A stretch of DNA of 21,363 nt from Mesotaenium endlicherianum (Eukaryota): assembly GCA_009602735.1 (NCBI GenBank), contig WELA01003305.1:199752-221114 (forward strand), in the 5' to 3' direction. Positions 20,299 through 21,363 of the stretch are shown piece after piece. The notes below the pieces were generated by a model. It ran no database searches and was not told the DNA's origin. It saw only the letters and a list, made by a program, of their open reading frames with translations. The translations under genes and the position numbers were made by a program. Numbering within the stretch: the first letter of the stretch is position 1; each line of letters begins with the position of its first letter.

Positions 20299-20869
20299 TC
20301 CTCATTAATTGTGAATTTCCCTAAGTTCAAACCTGATTTGCTCGAAGTCGGACGATCGCAGACCATAAAAAACTGGCCGCCTGCACGCGACGAGGCGCTG
20401 CACGCCTGTACGCAGACAACAGCAGACAACAGTGTACCACTCGCCACTCGCGATATATTCGTACATTACCGTACGAAACTTTGTTTGCCTCGGGCATTTT
20501 CACAGCATTCGCCACAAAATGGACGGCGTTTCAGGCTTCAGCCCATGCCTCTTGCCTCGTACTCGATCCTCACGTGGTCCCTTCGTGCATCTTGAACTCG
20601 CTGCATGCTTCTCTCAGCCCAAGAGTACGAATTTCAAGTTAAGGAACTTTGTTATCGCTCTAGAATCAATTGATATGCGTGCATTAGCACGCATCTATGC
20701 AAAAACCCAATTTTTATGAGAAGCTCCAAGCCATGTCGGGTCTAACCATTCTGGTGCTTTTGTGTAGCATCGTGATCTTTGCAATCTTGCCCATTCATGG
20801 AGTCAGCGACGATGGTAAGGCATTTCACGCCTTCGACACTCCTGCTATACTCGAAATCACTTCTCATAG

Positions 20870-21070
20870 CCCGCTGCCTTATCCACCCGTGGAAAAACCT
20901 CTACATTACTACATTGTGCTCTTTGCTTGCTGGCGGGTCAACCCTGTGGGAACCATCTCACATGATTTCCCGCACACAGTCCTTCTCTTGCCGCTGGAGC
21001 AAAAACTCCAGGTGCGCTCTGAACTTATGCGACACTGACGTCGTCGTGGACCGTCTCACTAAGATTTCCT
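20870..21070 (+). pseudogene. Possible highly decayed Gypsy integrase relic of a different family
   Basis: TISHDF (about 20952-20969) and DVVVDRLTKI (21037-21066), in different frames, resemble the W..ISMDF...VVVDRLTK integrase signature. Confidence 0.4.
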
Positions 21071-21235
21071 GCTTGATGTTGTTCTCTCCTAGCAGCTGGA
21101 GTTCAGATTCCGGACGCGTTCAGACCTGCTGCCAGCCTCATGTACGCCAAAGTGACTGAGCCTACCCTGGACACGCCTCACCTGGAAGGTGACTTCTGAA
21201 TGCTTCTACATGAGCACCCCTGCATTTGGGATTAA

Positions 21236-21275
21236 CACGACTTCATATGACGTCACACGATTTCACACGACTTCA
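21236..21275 (+). repeat. 10-bp tandem repeat x4 (CACGACTTCA consensus)
   Basis: CACGACTTCA TATGACGTCA CACGATTTCA CACGACTTCA. Confidence 0.75.
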
Positions 21276-21331
21276 CTCAATTGCTTATTAGACAACGACC
21301 AGACTAAAGTATAGTGTGCGCGTATGTCTGT

Positions 21332-21363
21332 GGGGTGGGGTGAGGGGTGCGGGTTGGGGGGGG
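21332..21363 (+). other. G-rich tract with G-quadruplex potential
   Basis: Five runs of three or more G with short spacers, cut by the window edge. Confidence 0.45.

Noticed and set aside
20235..21159. Short overlapping ORFs as host genes
   Set aside because: No coherent domain or consistent frame; at most decayed TE sequence.
21236..21275. CRISPR-like or telomeric array
   Set aside because: Only four 10-bp units with no spacers, so an ordinary minisatellite.

Overview
Eukaryotic repeat-rich DNA, probably from a green or streptophyte alga (inferred from the element type). It is almost entirely nested Ty3/Gypsy-type retroelements. (1) 1-2311 (+): 3' end of element A, with a DDE integrase, frameshifted PHD finger, polypurine tract and an unusual B1-A-B2 split-repeat terminus, inserted into the RT gene of element B copy 1. 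(2) 2312-9659 (-): truncated, degenerate element B copy 1. (3) 9728-20294 (-): apparently end-to-end element B copy 2 with TGTC...GACA ends and a 4-bp TSD (ATCA) but no LTR pair. Element B encodes Gag (two CCHC knuckles), an aspartic protease, a complete C5 cytosine methyltransferase and a long low-complexity linker. A UAG-CAA-CUA readthrough-type stop conserved in both copies follows, then RT, RNase H, integrase and PHD. The main candidate novelty is a DDE-integrase Gypsy lineage with split direct repeats and a palindromic end-to-end junction (GACA-GC-TGTC), an architecture known from tyrosine-recombinase retroelements. All alignments were done by eye.
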